From positions 24,862,001 to 24,926,000 of the forward strand of contig OZ210885.1 in assembly GCA_964658305.1 (NCBI GenBank): a stretch of DNA of 64,000 bases, in the 5' to 3' direction. This DNA comes from Leptogorgia sarmentosa (lineage: Eukaryota). Position numbers and translations under genes: made by a program. The notes beneath the pieces are model-generated. The model saw only the letters and a program-made list of their open reading frames with translations, was not told the DNA's origin and ran no database searches. Below are positions 26,436-38,409 of this stretch, piece by piece; the first letter of the stretch is position 1, and each line of letters starts with the position of its first letter.

Positions 26436-26502
26436 ATATATATAGAAAAGTCAATAAAATATATAGTACACACTTAATTATATATACATACGTAGAAAAG
26501 CT

Positions 26503-29426
26503 CTATTTCATCAAGGTCAAAAAATGTTCCACACTTACTGGCACAGCGACTGTTTTTTGCTGGGCAATTAACATGTGTTCCAGAAAAACAAATACGTTCT
26601 TACTGTGTCCAGTTGTACCTCGGGGGTATTGGGCATTGAATGCATAGTACGATGCCATTAAACTAATTACGGCATTCAAGATGGTGATCTTTCTAAATTT
26701 GGTGACAACCATGCCCTCTGCAATGAGCAGCAATGTATGGAGGTCGCCAATTGTTCCCGTTGACAGGAGTTTTGGCGATGTGCAGTCTGCCACTCTTTTG
26801 TTTAACTCACCCACTGTGTCATCCTGTGAATTGTAAACAAAATCAGAAATTTAAATATCAATCAGGCATTTGCCTATACATGGCTCACATTCTCATGCTA
26901 TTTAGAAACATTAAACTTACATCAATAATCTCCCAAAATAGCTCGCCAGTTTTACTGTTGTGGGTGGGCCTGTCTCCTAGCGCATATGGAAGGGACGCTA
27001 TGATGCATCTGTCTTCCATCTCTAAAATTGCAAAATATAATATATTTCATTTTGGTGAACCAAAATAACTAACTGATTGGTAACAATTCCATTCTCCATT
27101 TTTTAAAGTATTCTACTCGGTCACATACCCCTTTCATCTTCTGCTGTACTGAAATCGTCAATACTAGCAAGAATGCCATGGACTTCCCTGTTTTGGGATT
27201 TTTTTAGGGCCGACAGTATCTTTTGCTTGTTGACGCTCCATTTTCCTCGCATGTCCTTAACAATTTCTTCTTTGTCTAAAATCCTTCCCAATTCTGCTTT
27301 CAACTAAAAGTATGACAAATTTTTAAATGATATTGTTTACCTGAGTGGCTTTAAGACATAACAGAAATACATATTCACTGTACTGTTGATACTGAGACAC
27401 AAATTACTTAAAAGCCTACCTCAATTCCTTTACCATTCTTCAAGAAAGGGTAATCATGCAAAATCTTCCAGACACGTGTGTTATGTTCCATCACATCTCG
27501 TCTTCTTTTGGGAAACGTGTTGTCCATCAACACCTTAACTTTTTGGAGGTCTTGGGAACCATGGTTGTACAACTGGACCAATTGCTTCCTTTGCTCCTCC
27601 AATGTCTCTTCAGTCTCTCCATCAGGAAATGGAGGCAATACATCAAGAATGGCAACCTTTGTTTTTTTACGACCAGGTTTTCCTTTCGGAATGACAATGC
27701 CTTCCTCCAAAAACTTTCTTTTCTCATTTCGTGCAGATCGCCTCCTTAGGTTGAGCACTCTTTCCTGAATTTTTTTCGCCCAAAATTGCTGCAATATAAG
27801 TTTATTTTACACAGTTAGCAAAACATTGGTAACAACAAACCAATCACTTTACTTTTAACAGTTTTACCTAAAACATATTTTTGATAACTGGAATTTAATT
27901 GGGACTAGTTTAAACACAAATACATATATGATAAATATCATTGTACATACATGTCCTGCTCCAAAGCTCCCCTTCAAAAATGGATACTTTTCCACAAGTG
28001 ACAAAGAAATGTGATTTCTTTCTTGAGAGTCTGGTGAGGGAGTGTGTGCCAAAATTGATGACACAAGCTGTCTCACCAGAGCACTCTTTTCTGTTGGAGT
28101 GAGTTCCTCTCTCTTCAGTCCTTGTTCAACTGCTGGTTCCCACTATAAAACGTATTACAACTTTATTACAATGTTATTACGATTTACAACTTTAGTTATA
28201 AGCTGGTTCAGCTTTAGTTATAAGCTGCTTTTACCGGTAATTCTGATGTCAAGCTACCAGATAATTTTGTAATGTTAGATGTTGATAATCAAGCAATAAT
28301 AATATTCATATCTTACCCTTGTTGGTAAGCAAAATTGGCTTAGCCAATTATGTGCAGGTTCCAGTGGACATGTGGATATCTGGATGATAAAGACAAAATT
28401 GAAAATAATTTTTAAAACAATAATTTTTGATTTTCCACAAGGCAATGCATAATGCAGTACTACACAAGGGCACATTAGGACCATTCAATCATTGCTGGTA
28501 TGGTTATAACTTTACCTTTTTTGATTTTGTTGTACTTGGGGTGGGCTCACACCGAGTACTTTCCTCAAAGTCTAGTGTCTTCTTTGCACAACATTTGGAG
28601 CCTTTAATAACCATACAATCTTCACGAGGATGTTTAGCTTCCTTTCCAATTTCAGGCCTAGGTGACTCTGGACTACTGTGTGGTGAATTCAAACTGGTGT
28701 TAAAACCAGTACACGGTTGCTGGTCTACAGGGCTTGGCTGACTTGACAATGTCGGTGTCTTGACAAATTCTCGGACATTGACTTCAGGCGTTACACTCTG
28801 CAAGGAGCAAGAAAAAATTACCTTGTAAATACCAATCTACACTTTGTGTCTGTAAACAAAACATCAAAGGTTGAGTGAAAAAAGTAAAGATATCTTCAAA
28901 GTATGACTAACCTGGGCCTGGGAAGTGATTTCACCCCAGAGGGAAAGAAACTTCTTTCGAAGCTTCAAGCGAGGAATCATCTGATAAATATCAGTCATAT
29001 TGAGGTCGAAGAAATCCTCTCCGTCTACCTCGTTCTCTGAAAGTAAATGATAAAGGTTATATTAATTATTTGAAAGAAAACCAAAATATGCAGACACGTG
29101 TCTGTGACGCGTTAGCGCGGGATATTCAAAAGACGACCGATTACTAAAAGTATTCACAGATCGCAATGACACGTGTAAATTATAACTTAAACCGTGATTA
29201 TTTTCATAACAACTACATAAACACAATCGTAAGACGATATGCCCTGAAGTCTTAATTGAGAGGCTTAAAGCCGTAAGAGCAAGCAATAAACGCGTCAGTT
29301 TCATTTAACCCACAAAATATTTTATGTATGTTACATACCTTCAAAGACAGTTTCCAAATCGCCCAAATTCTTGCTCTTCAAGAACTCGATGACATCTTGG
29401 CAAGACAAATCTCTGGAGATAGCCAT
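26503..29426 (-). CDS. SAM-domain (SAMD3-like) accessory protein of the EnSpm element, ~9 exons
   Basis: ATG at 29426: MAISRDLSCQDVIEFLKSKNLGDLETVFE|ENEVDGEDFFDLNMTDIYQMIPRLKLRKKF (SAM fold). Later exons carry LVEKYPFLK, LMDNTFPKRR...YPFL and LMASYYAFNAQYP...FLEH, as in animal EnSpm second proteins. Confidence 0.8.
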
Positions 29427-29590
29427 GGCGCGAAGAAATTTTTCAAATTATCGACTGATTAGCCTTTTAGACTTCTGACTTTAGTGTGAAGCGTCCTCGG
29501 CAAATAGCATATAGCAAATAGACGCTGATATCTGAATACTCAAAATATCAAATTTCGCGCTGAAGACGCTTGTTGAGCCTTGGGCCAATC

Positions 29591-31899
29591 CACTGAGCTA
29601 TAAGAAGACTGGAGAGAGTGCACGCACTTTTTTTCAGATAAAAGAGTGAAGCCAAAATAATGGCGTGGATACCTGTGATTCGTCATCATTACCATGACAG
29701 CAAATACTCCGTCCTCATGGTAGGCACCACTGACCGGGCTCAAATCTGAGCCCGCTGCCGTTTTCACACCCCCCTGGTTTTTTTCAAAAAAAATTTTGTT
29801 TTTGCAGAGCTTTGACTGCTTTGTATTAAATTTTCGTTTGTTTTCAATCTTTTTTTTCATGTTTTCGAGATATTTACAGACCATGATGGTCATACATATT
29901 TTTTTCGTAACATTGATTGATATGAAAGACGATAAATGTACTTGAACGGACAAATCAAGGCTCTTGAAAATTTTATTGAATACACCATTTGATGATCCTG
30001 TTTTTTGTTCAGTGCGAATTCGGTAGAAAATTATATACATATGGTAGGTGAATTTCCTATTATTTCAACTGCTAATCACTAATCTTTGTGGTATGAACAT
30101 AGTTTTGACGATGCGAACTATCTTGAGAGTTACATGTGATGGCAAAACAGCTGTCAGTACTTGTCACCTGAGAGTGTCAAGTTAAGACCTGAGGAACTCG
30201 TTTTATAAATAAACCCAACTTTGCTGCAGGCTGTTACTTGTAAAGGATAAATTAGGGTGGATAGATTTTCATTTTAAGTCAAAGTACAGATTGCAATCAT
30301 AGCATTATAATTACTGTATGCATGTAATTCTGCCAAAACTGTCAAACACACACAAATTTCCTGTGGGGAGAGTGCAACCCAACCTAGGTAAAAGGCTAGT
30401 ACAGTACAGAGTTGGCTGACTGGAAAGGTTTAGGACTAGTTAAGGTTATGATCAGGTTGGTTATCAGTCATTTAAGAAGGCTATTCAAGTGTTGTGGATG
30501 GACTCTTAAGCCAGGTCATTCTGTTGTTTTACCACTTTACCCTTTGTCATTTTCACACTAATATGAACACATTCTGAACAATTTCACTCTGTGTAATATA
30601 TTTTTTGTTTATTACAGATTTTCCCATAAAGACAGACACCAATTATAAATCTTTGGAGTTGAAGTCAGGAATTCATCAATTTCAAGATATCTTTATACAA
30701 TTATTAGCAGCAAGCAATTTAAAACTGTACTAATATTATTTTTTTTTAAATACATATGCTCTGCTAGAAGACTAAATTCTACAATTTAATAAAATTATCA
30801 TAATATGTTATAAATATGACTGCACTTTGTTGTTGTCTTTTTGGTGCCATATCCCTTCTGGTGCCCATATACTAGAGTACTGCATGAGCAGATAATTCCT
30901 GATTTCTTAGCCCATTAGATGTCATTAATACACAAGGTTTCCCTTGTAAAACTATCAAAATTTTGGAGTTGATATCACAGGGTATAAAAACAAGGCAAGG
31001 TGTATTCAAGCAATGTAACCCATAAAGCTGCAATGCAGCCAACCTTCCAGGAAATTATACTTGTTAGAAGGAGACTTCTGCCCTTTTATTAATAGATGCA
31101 CCAACTATATCTCAGGAGTGCTTTGAATTTTCTATCAGAAAGAGATGGCTAATTGGCTATGCAGAGCTAAAAACAGCTGTAAATTTTAAGCCTCTTAAAG
31201 GCACATTGCTTGTCCATTAAGCCAGACTGTAAGTGCAAGTGTCTAACTCAGTTGATGTGGCAATATACAAAAATCCTCACTACAACTTTACTTGATCTCA
31301 ACTAATACAGGACGTTTTATTTTAATACTGCAAAAACACCAGGCCATCCCATGTTTTAGCAAAAAAAAATGCTAGAGCTCACATATGATCAATAAACAAA
31401 ATGCGAACTTTCGAAACAAACATATTTTCCATTAACAAGACGTTTCATTCTGAATTTCTGCTGTTTATAATAGCAGTTTTAATGCACTATCACATCTTCT
31501 AAATGTGTTATAAAATAGAGCTCGAAAAAATGAAAAGATGGAGTTTGACAATCAGAGCAGTTTCAAAAATCTTACCTGAAACAACTGAAAGAATACTTTA
31601 TAGTGAATTATTGTGTAGGAAAACACAACTTTATCTCCGTGTTTCAAAAAGAGAGACGTGAGCTGCAAAATCTGGGGAAAAAACTTGTCAAAATACAATA
31701 AAAAAAAATTATGAAAATATTTCTTGCAAAACCAGGGGGGTGTTTTCCATCCTCGGATGCTGAGGATCGCGGTTGGTCAGTGGTGCCTACCATGAGGACG
31801 GAGTATTTGCTGTCATGGTAACGGCTTGAAATCCGCCATGTTTTTGGCTTCACTCTTTTTCCGCGTGCGCTTCCTGCAGTATTCTATTATAGCTCAGTG
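29591..31899. mobile_element. Non-autonomous TIR element with 8-bp TSD (P- or hAT-like)
   Basis: Ends CACTGAGCTATAA and TTATAGCTCAGTG; TSD GGCCAATC at 29583-29590 and 31900-31907; perfect ~46-bp internal inverted block TTACCATGACAGCAAATACTCCGTCCTCATGGTAGGCACCACTGACC; no ORF. Confidence 0.8.
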
Positions 31900-32592
31900 G
31901 GCCAATCACGTTTAAGCATCACGATGACGTCACGTTAGCTGTCATCATGATTGATGATTGTTTTGCGATCATAGCAAAAAAGTCATTTAAATGCATATCT
32001 ATAAGGGTAATTCCCACTATATTTTTGACATTTTCTGAATTTTTTGTAGAAATTTGTGTCACTAATTGTTCGTTTGCACTTTGCACGTGACGTATGCCAC
32101 AGATAAAGTCAACATTAATAGATTATAGACTGTTTTTATTGTGGGTCATGTCACTATGGATTCGATCGAGACACGAATGATTTTCGCATTTGATTATAAA
32201 CCCCCCATATACTGTATGTTCAGGAATCAAAATAAAGTATTTCTTTGGAAGACATAGCAGGAGTTTTTGATAATATACAAGAGCTCTTTACAAACAATAT
32301 TTAGTATATTGTTTTGACATTCGCGTTCTACTCACACCTCTATTTCAAAGACATTGAAATAATTTCATTGTGTAGTGGATTAACTGTTAAATTTTTAACA
32401 TTCCATTTTCCAAACAAATTCAAATTAATAAGCGATTTTTACACAGGGCTTGTGTCATTAAGATGTTATATGGCATAATGTTGTTTTGATCGAAACCGCA
32501 TTTAGCCGATGACTCATCGCTAAACTTCATTATAAACAGCTAGGACACGGAATGCGTATCAAACATGATATCAACAGTTCGCTGTCGGTGCC

Positions 32593-32996
32593 GCAATTTT
32601 CCCTTTCGTAAACGGTCGTTGCCTTCCCAAACGGTCGATGCCTTCCTGCTCTCTTTTTACTTAGTTTATGACAAATTTAAAAACTTGAAATACGCTTAAT
32701 CCCCAACCCAAACCCTAAAATACTAACCCTAACCATAAAAGTCGGAAAAATATTGAAAAAAAAGTTATAAGTTGAAATCACTAACGCGAAAAAAAAGTGT
32801 CGAGCCGGGGTTTGAACTATAAAACTACAACGCACGCACCGCGTGCCTAACCGTCTGAGCTAATTTCGAGCTCGCTGAAAAGTATTGAAACCAAAAATAT
32901 TTATAGTGGAAATGTATTATGTAACATTTAAAATGCGAGCAGGGAAGGCGTCGACCGTTTCGGAAGGCAACGACCGTTTACGAAAGGGAAAATAGC
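32593..32996. mobile_element. Mutator-like MITE
   Basis: ~58-bp TIRs GCWATTTTCCCTTTCGTAAACGGTCGTTGCCTTCC; 9-bp TSD GTCGGTGCC at 32584-32592 and 32997-33005; internal AACCCTAA motifs. Confidence 0.85.
32797..32870 (-). ncRNA. tRNA-derived Pol III-like unit inside the MULE MITE (not a canonical tRNA)
   Basis: Minus strand reads TAGCTCAGACGGTTAGGC (A box), then GTTCAAACCC (B box), then T8; no proper cloverleaf. Confidence 0.5.
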
Positions 32997-33703
32997 GTCG
33001 GTGCCTTCAAAATTAATCGAAAAAATGGAAATATACGTTACATATTGACTGGTTAAAAGGCTTGTCATGGCCAAACTGTGTTGTCAAGTATGTACAACCT
33101 TCTTCTCAACCTGTGTTGCGGGGATGCTACATCACCTTGTTCAGGTTCATCTGCACGATCCAGGATTGCATATCGCATGTGAAGTTCCTCATTGCAATGT
33201 AACCTTCACTAAGGTTGGTCTTTTATGAATTTATTTAGAACTGGTTAACTAATGCCTATCACTGAGACGTATTTCACACATGCTGCATCTTTATTGTCAG
33301 TTAGCCTAATTTGTATATTGTGCAACATTAGAACCACCAGTATGTTACATCAAAGACTAGTATAATCACTAGTACTAGTATAATATAATATATGTTACAA
33401 TCAAAAATTTCAAGTTTAGGTCTTTCTTATATGTCAAGAACAGAGATTTATTTGAGACATGCATCTTAACACTGTAAATAAAACCTTTGCTCCTTAATTA
33501 CCAAAGTGATCTGTTCCTAACCATGCTTTACTTGTCAATTATGTCTTTATTGTAGGTGCACTCGTATAAAAGTCACCTGAGACGCAAACACAGTGACATC
33601 AATCTTACTTCACACATACCTGAAGATGTTGTCATCGAAGCTGAAAATCAACCAATGCAAAATTGTCGCAATGAAAACGATGAAGAAATGGGACTTTATG
33701 AAG

Positions 33704-34145
33704 TGTTGAGTTAGATACTGTTGCCATCGCTCTATCTTGAATACGAAGCACAACAACTTTGGAGTTTTACACAGTAATAATTTAATCATAAAAATCATTC
33801 ATATATATACAAGATTAATCTATGATAAGTATTTTAACATAACATTCTTTTACCATAAATGGTTTACAAATTTGGTCCATGCAACACATATTTTTACACT
33901 GGAATTTACGGTATACAACATTACATTTTTACCTACATAAACCAATTATCTATATATTACCATTGTCATTTTGATAATTGATTTCATTACTGAATTGACA
34001 GGATATCAGGAGCATATTCTAACACCCCCACTTGCTCTTATATTCTGAGCATCTCTACTTCTTTAATTTTTAATTACTGTTTCTCTATAATCCCATATAT
34101 TTCTATAATTCCATATATTTTTATAATCTTGTGTAACACTAACAT

Positions 34146-34193
<48 letters not shown>

Positions 34194-37100
34194 ATTATTA
34201 TACGCAGCGCATTTATGAACCTAAGAGGAAAAGCTTAAATTTTTCTAACTTACCTTTGCTAGTTGGTTTTGTGAAAATGTCAGCTATATTCTCTTCTGTA
34301 GGGACATACTTCAAACTGACAATACCGGCCTGTATCACAGACCTTATGAAATGATACTTAATGTCAATGTGTTTTGACCTTTGATGGTGTACGGGGTTTC
34401 TAGCTAAATTTATAGCTCCCTGATTGTCTACCTGAATAAGTACATCATCTCCTCCTGTACTTACCTTCATGTCTTTACATAGTTGCCTCAGAAATTTTGC
34501 TTCTTGTACGGCGTTTGCAAGGGCAATATATTCTGCCTCGCATGTCGAGAGTGCGACTGTTTGTTGCTTGCGGCTTTTCCAGGAGATCACAGGACCTGAC
34601 GATGTCAGCTGAAAATTGTACCCAGTTATACTCCGCCTATCTATCACTGATGCCCCCCAATCAGAGTCGCAAAAACCGTTTAGCTTTAGCGGTTGGTTGG
34701 ACTTTCGAAATGTCAAACCTTGGTCGGATGTACCCTTCAGATATCTTAAGACGTGTTTAGCCGTTTCGAGGTTGGCCTTTGTGGGTTTAGACAATTTTTG
34801 TGAGAGCTTCGTCACGATGTAACACAAATCGGGCCTGGTACCTGTCATAACATATATTAGGCTCCCAACCATAGCCCTATACTCACCTGGGTCTCCTAAG
34901 GCAGGTGACTCTTCTTCTGAGACCTTTTCTATACCTAAAACACACGGGGAAGGCTTGGGTTTGCAATCGGACATCCCAAATTTCAGGAGAATTTTCTCAA
35001 TGTATTGTTTCTGGTTCATTTCGATGCAAGATTCCTTGCATTTGAACTCTGTACCCAAGAACCACGATAACTCCCCCAGGTCCTTCATCTTGAACCTTTT
35101 ACCTAAAGATTCTTTCACTGTAGTCAGTAATTCAAAAAGACTGGCGGCGATAATAATATCGTCGACCCACACGATTACTATAACACATTGTTTTGGGTCA
35201 ATCATTCTCACATACACACATGGGTCAGCCTGTGACTGAGTAAAACCTTCTTTCTGCAGATACTGGTGTAATATGTTATTCCAATTTCTACCGCTTTGCT
35301 TTAAACCATATAACGATTTATTTAATTTGCACACTAGTTTCTCGCCCTTCTCACCACGTTCCTCGAAACCTTCAGGTTGTTCCATGTACAGTTCGCAATC
35401 TATAGGCGCGTTAAGGTATGCGGTTTTCACATCCATTTGGTGAACGATCATGTCATCTTGTACGACACGTTGTAGCAATGTACGGATCGAGCTCATACGT
35501 GCGGTAGGAGCGAATGTTTCTTGGTAGTCAAGCTCAGGAACTTGGGAGTAACCCTTTGCTACGAATCTTGCCTTATGGGTCTCTTCCCCATTTTGGCCAA
35601 TTTTTACAGCATAAACCCATCTTCCCCCCACTATCTGTCGGTCTTTCGGGGGAGAGACTAACTCAAAGGTATTATTATCCTTTAATGCACTTACCTCCGC
35701 CTCCATGGCAGTTTGCCACTTATCCGCCTCTGACGATTTTACTGCTTGCTTATAACATTTTGGAATGTCTACAGCCCTGAAGCAATAGTCGACAGTGTGA
35801 TTAACATTGTCATCAGTAATATACTCATCGAGGTAAGTGGGTTTGTTGCGAGCGCGGGTTGGGTATCTCGGCTCGCTGTGTTCTATCTCTACCTTACTTT
35901 CGGCATTTTCATCCGTTTGCCCGTTGGTGGCCTCCATTGGTTCGGTGGTCTCTCTATTTGGCACAATCAAGCCATCTTGGTCGTGATTGGACGCCTCTGA
36001 CACATATTTATCAAAGAATTTCACGCATCTTACCCTTTCCACTGTGTTTGTTTCTGGGTGATATACCAGATAGGCTGGACTGCCTTTGTCATAACCTACA
36101 AAAACACCTTTACGGCTCCGGTCGCCTAATTTTTTAGCATTTTGGATAAGGGCATAGCACGTTGACCCAAAGATATGCATGTTGTTGAGATTGGGTTGCT
36201 TACCTGTCAGTGCTTCATATGGAGTTTTTCCTAACCTAGAGTTGAAGCACCGATTTCTAATATACACTGCGGTCATTACCGCGTAAGTCCACAAACGTTT
36301 GGGGAGATTCGCTTCTAATAGCATGCATCTAGCCATGCTAAATAAACTACGCCACGCTCTCTCCACAGTGCCATTTTGGTGTGGGGAGTAAGGCGCACTG
36401 GTTTCATGTTTAATCGAGTTTTTACGCAGCAGTGATCTAAATTTCCGGCTGGTGAATTCAGTACCATTATCGCTCCTAATGCGTTTTACCCTACCGAAGG
36501 GTGCAATATCGGCCAAAAACCTTTCAGTAGCCTCCACTGTGTCGCTCTTCTGTTTAAGAAAGTATATAAAGTTAGTACCTGTAAAATCGTCAACGAATGA
36601 TAGGGCGTACTTAAAACCATCCTTTGCTGCTGGCTCAACTGGACCAGCCAAATCACAATGAACAAACTCGAGGGAACCTTTTGCTCTCTGATCGGGTTCT
36701 CGATTTCGATACTGGCACATTTTACCCTGTGTACATACCTCACATGTGATCTCCTGGTCATCCACGATCTTCATACCCTTAACCACACTCTGGAGTTTAC
36801 GTACATCGTTGTAATTGCAGTGCCCCAATATCTTGTGCCATTCCACGAGCGAGGATGCGTTATTTTGAGGAGATGATATACTATTTAAATAATACAATTT
36901 ACCTACCTGTTCTATGCCAAACACTATTCCCTTGGGGTCCCTGTACTCTCTAACCTGCCTATCTAAGCTAACAGCAGCCCCCTTCTCAATGGCAGCAGGG
37001 ACGGAGAAGATATTTTGCTGATAAGATGGAATATACAGCGCGTTACTAAGCATTACATCTTGTAAATTACCATTAACATCATACAATTTAACTTTGGCGT

Positions 37101-38409
37101 TACCTTTGCCTAAAACAACATTAGCTTTGCTTCCGTCAGCTAACTCTATTACATGCTTACTCGGATCAAACTTTTGATCGAAACTTACAAATTTAGATTT
37201 ATCATTAATTATATGACTCGTTGCCCCTGTATCTACTAATAGATTCGGGGTCTTACCTCCATTGGGAATACTTTCCTTGAGTGTAAATGCAAATGAATGT
37301 ATCTTCTTAGCTTCTTCTTCGTCTTCGCCGGTTTCAGCGGCCATCTTCACACCATCCTTTCTTCCTCTGCAGTCCTTGGTATTATGTGTCTTCGTCTTGC
37401 ACTTGTTGCACCACTTTGCGGTCTTCGTCCAACAATCCGAACTTTTGTGTCCTTTCTTGTCGCACTTAAAACACTTTCCGTCGAATTTCTTGTTCACGAA
37501 CATCACGTTGTCACCATCCTCTGCCTGTCTGCCGCATTTCTCGTTTTCTTCGTGGTTGCGCAACGCGATTTTGAAGTCGCCAAAACTCATTTGTTTTTCC
37601 CGTTGTATCACAACGGTCGAAAACGTTTTATACGTCTTTGGTAGCCCCTTCAGTACCATGGCAATCAGAAGTCCGTCGCTGATCACCTCATCGGCAGCCT
37701 TCAGCGCCGTGGCCGCAGTTTCCGCCCGTATGATGTAGTCCGTTATCGTCTCATTTTCTGCTTTCTTTAACGATGTTAGCTCTGTATACAACGATATTAT
37801 TCTGGGCTTTCCTTTGCCTTGATAATGTTCTCTAAGAACCGTCAGAGCTTTCTTGCCATCGTCTTTCGCCTCTCGTATGACTAGGGCCAAGCTCCTGTCA
37901 TCCAAGCATTGCACAAGTTCGGCAAATGCATCAGCGTTCTTTGCCTCACTGAGTTCTTCTTCATCGCTGCTAGGGATAAAGATCTTGTAGAGTTTTTGGA
38001 GTCGCATGTATCCCAAAAACTTCACCTCCCACAACTCATACTTATTTTCATCTCCATCAAACATTAGACCTCTCCTGGGCCCATAACCTGTTGAGTTAGA
38101 TACTGTTGCCATCGCTCTATCTTGAATACGAAGCACAACAACTTTGGAGTTTTACACAGTAATAATTTAATCATAAAAATCATTCATATATATACAAGAT
38201 TAATCTATGATAAGTATTTTAACATAACATTCTTTTACCATAAATGGTTTACAAATTTGGTCCATGCAACACATATTTTTACACTGGAATTTACGGTATA
38301 CAACATTACATTTTTACCTACATAAACCAATTATCTATATATTACCATTGTCATTTTGATAATTGATTTCATTACTGAATTGACAGGATATCAGGAGCAT
38401 ATTCTAACA
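33704..38409 (-). mobile_element. Full-length Ty1/Copia LTR retrotransposon
   Basis: 321-bp LTRs (TG...CA) at 33704-34024 and 38089-38409, identical by eye. 5-bp TSD TGAAG. PBS GGTTATGGGCCCAG next to the 5' LTR; PPT AAGTGGGGG next to the 3' LTR. Confidence 0.97.
34213..38112 (-). CDS. Copia gag-pol polyprotein (gag, zinc knuckles, protease, integrase, RT, RNase H)
   Basis: CFKCDKKGHKSSDC, LVDTGAT, HCDLAGP...SDNGTEF...NGTVER, QMDVKTAYL, WVDD, FCDSDW, RSKHIDIKYH. Copia domain order; uninterrupted; likely start MATVSNS. Confidence 0.96.
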   Translation of the reverse strand: MATVSNSTGYGPRRGLMFDGDENKYELWEVKFLGYMRLQKLYKIFIPSSDEEELSEAKNADAFAELVQCLDDRSLALVIREAKDDGKKALTVLREHYQGKGKPRIISLYTELTSLKKAENETITDYIIRAETAATALKAADEVISDGLLIAMVLKGLPKTYKTFSTVVIQREKQMSFGDFKIALRNHEENEKCGRQAEDGDNVMFVNKKFDGKCFKCDKKGHKSSDCWTKTAKWCNKCKTKTHNTKDCRGRKDGVKMAAETGEDEEEAKKIHSFAFTLKESIPNGGKTPNLLVDTGATSHIINDKSKFVSFDQKFDPSKHVIELADGSKANVVLGKGNAKVKLYDVNGNLQDVMLSNALYIPSYQQNIFSVPAAIEKGAAVSLDRQVREYRDPKGIVFGIEQVGKLYYLNSISSPQNNASSLVEWHKILGHCNYNDVRKLQSVVKGMKIVDDQEITCEVCTQGKMCQYRNREPDQRAKGSLEFVHCDLAGPVEPAAKDGFKYALSFVDDFTGTNFIYFLKQKSDTVEATERFLADIAPFGRVKRIRSDNGTEFTSRKFRSLLRKNSIKHETSAPYSPHQNGTVERAWRSLFSMARCMLLEANLPKRLWTYAVMTAVYIRNRCFNSRLGKTPYEALTGKQPNLNNMHIFGSTCYALIQNAKKLGDRSRKGVFVGYDKGSPAYLVYHPETNTVERVRCVKFFDKYVSEASNHDQDGLIVPNRETTEPMEATNGQTDENAESKVEIEHSEPRYPTRARNKPTYLDEYITDDNVNHTVDYCFRAVDIPKCYKQAVKSSEADKWQTAMEAEVSALKDNNTFELVSPPKDRQIVGGRWVYAVKIGQNGEETHKARFVAKGYSQVPELDYQETFAPTARMSSIRTLLQRVVQDDMIVHQMDVKTAYLNAPIDCELYMEQPEGFEERGEKGEKLVCKLNKSLYGLKQSGRNWNNILHQYLQKEGFTQSQADPCVYVRMIDPKQCVIVIVWVDDIIIAASLFELLTTVKESLGKRFKMKDLGELSWFLGTEFKCKESCIEMNQKQYIEKILLKFGMSDCKPKPSPCVLGIEKVSEEESPALGDPGEYRAMVGSLIYVMTGTRPDLCYIVTKLSQKLSKPTKANLETAKHVLRYLKGTSDQGLTFRKSNQPLKLNGFCDSDWGASVIDRRSITGYNFQLTSSGPVISWKSRKQQTVALSTCEAEYIALANAVQEAKFLRQLCKDMKVSTGGDDVLIQVDNQGAINLARNPVHHQRSKHIDIKYHFIRSVIQAGIVSLKYVPTEENIADIFTKPTSKGKLEKFKLFLLGS

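Noticed and set aside
34497..37738. Plus-strand ORFs overlapping Copia
   Set aside because: Antisense shadows of gag-pol with no recognisable motifs.
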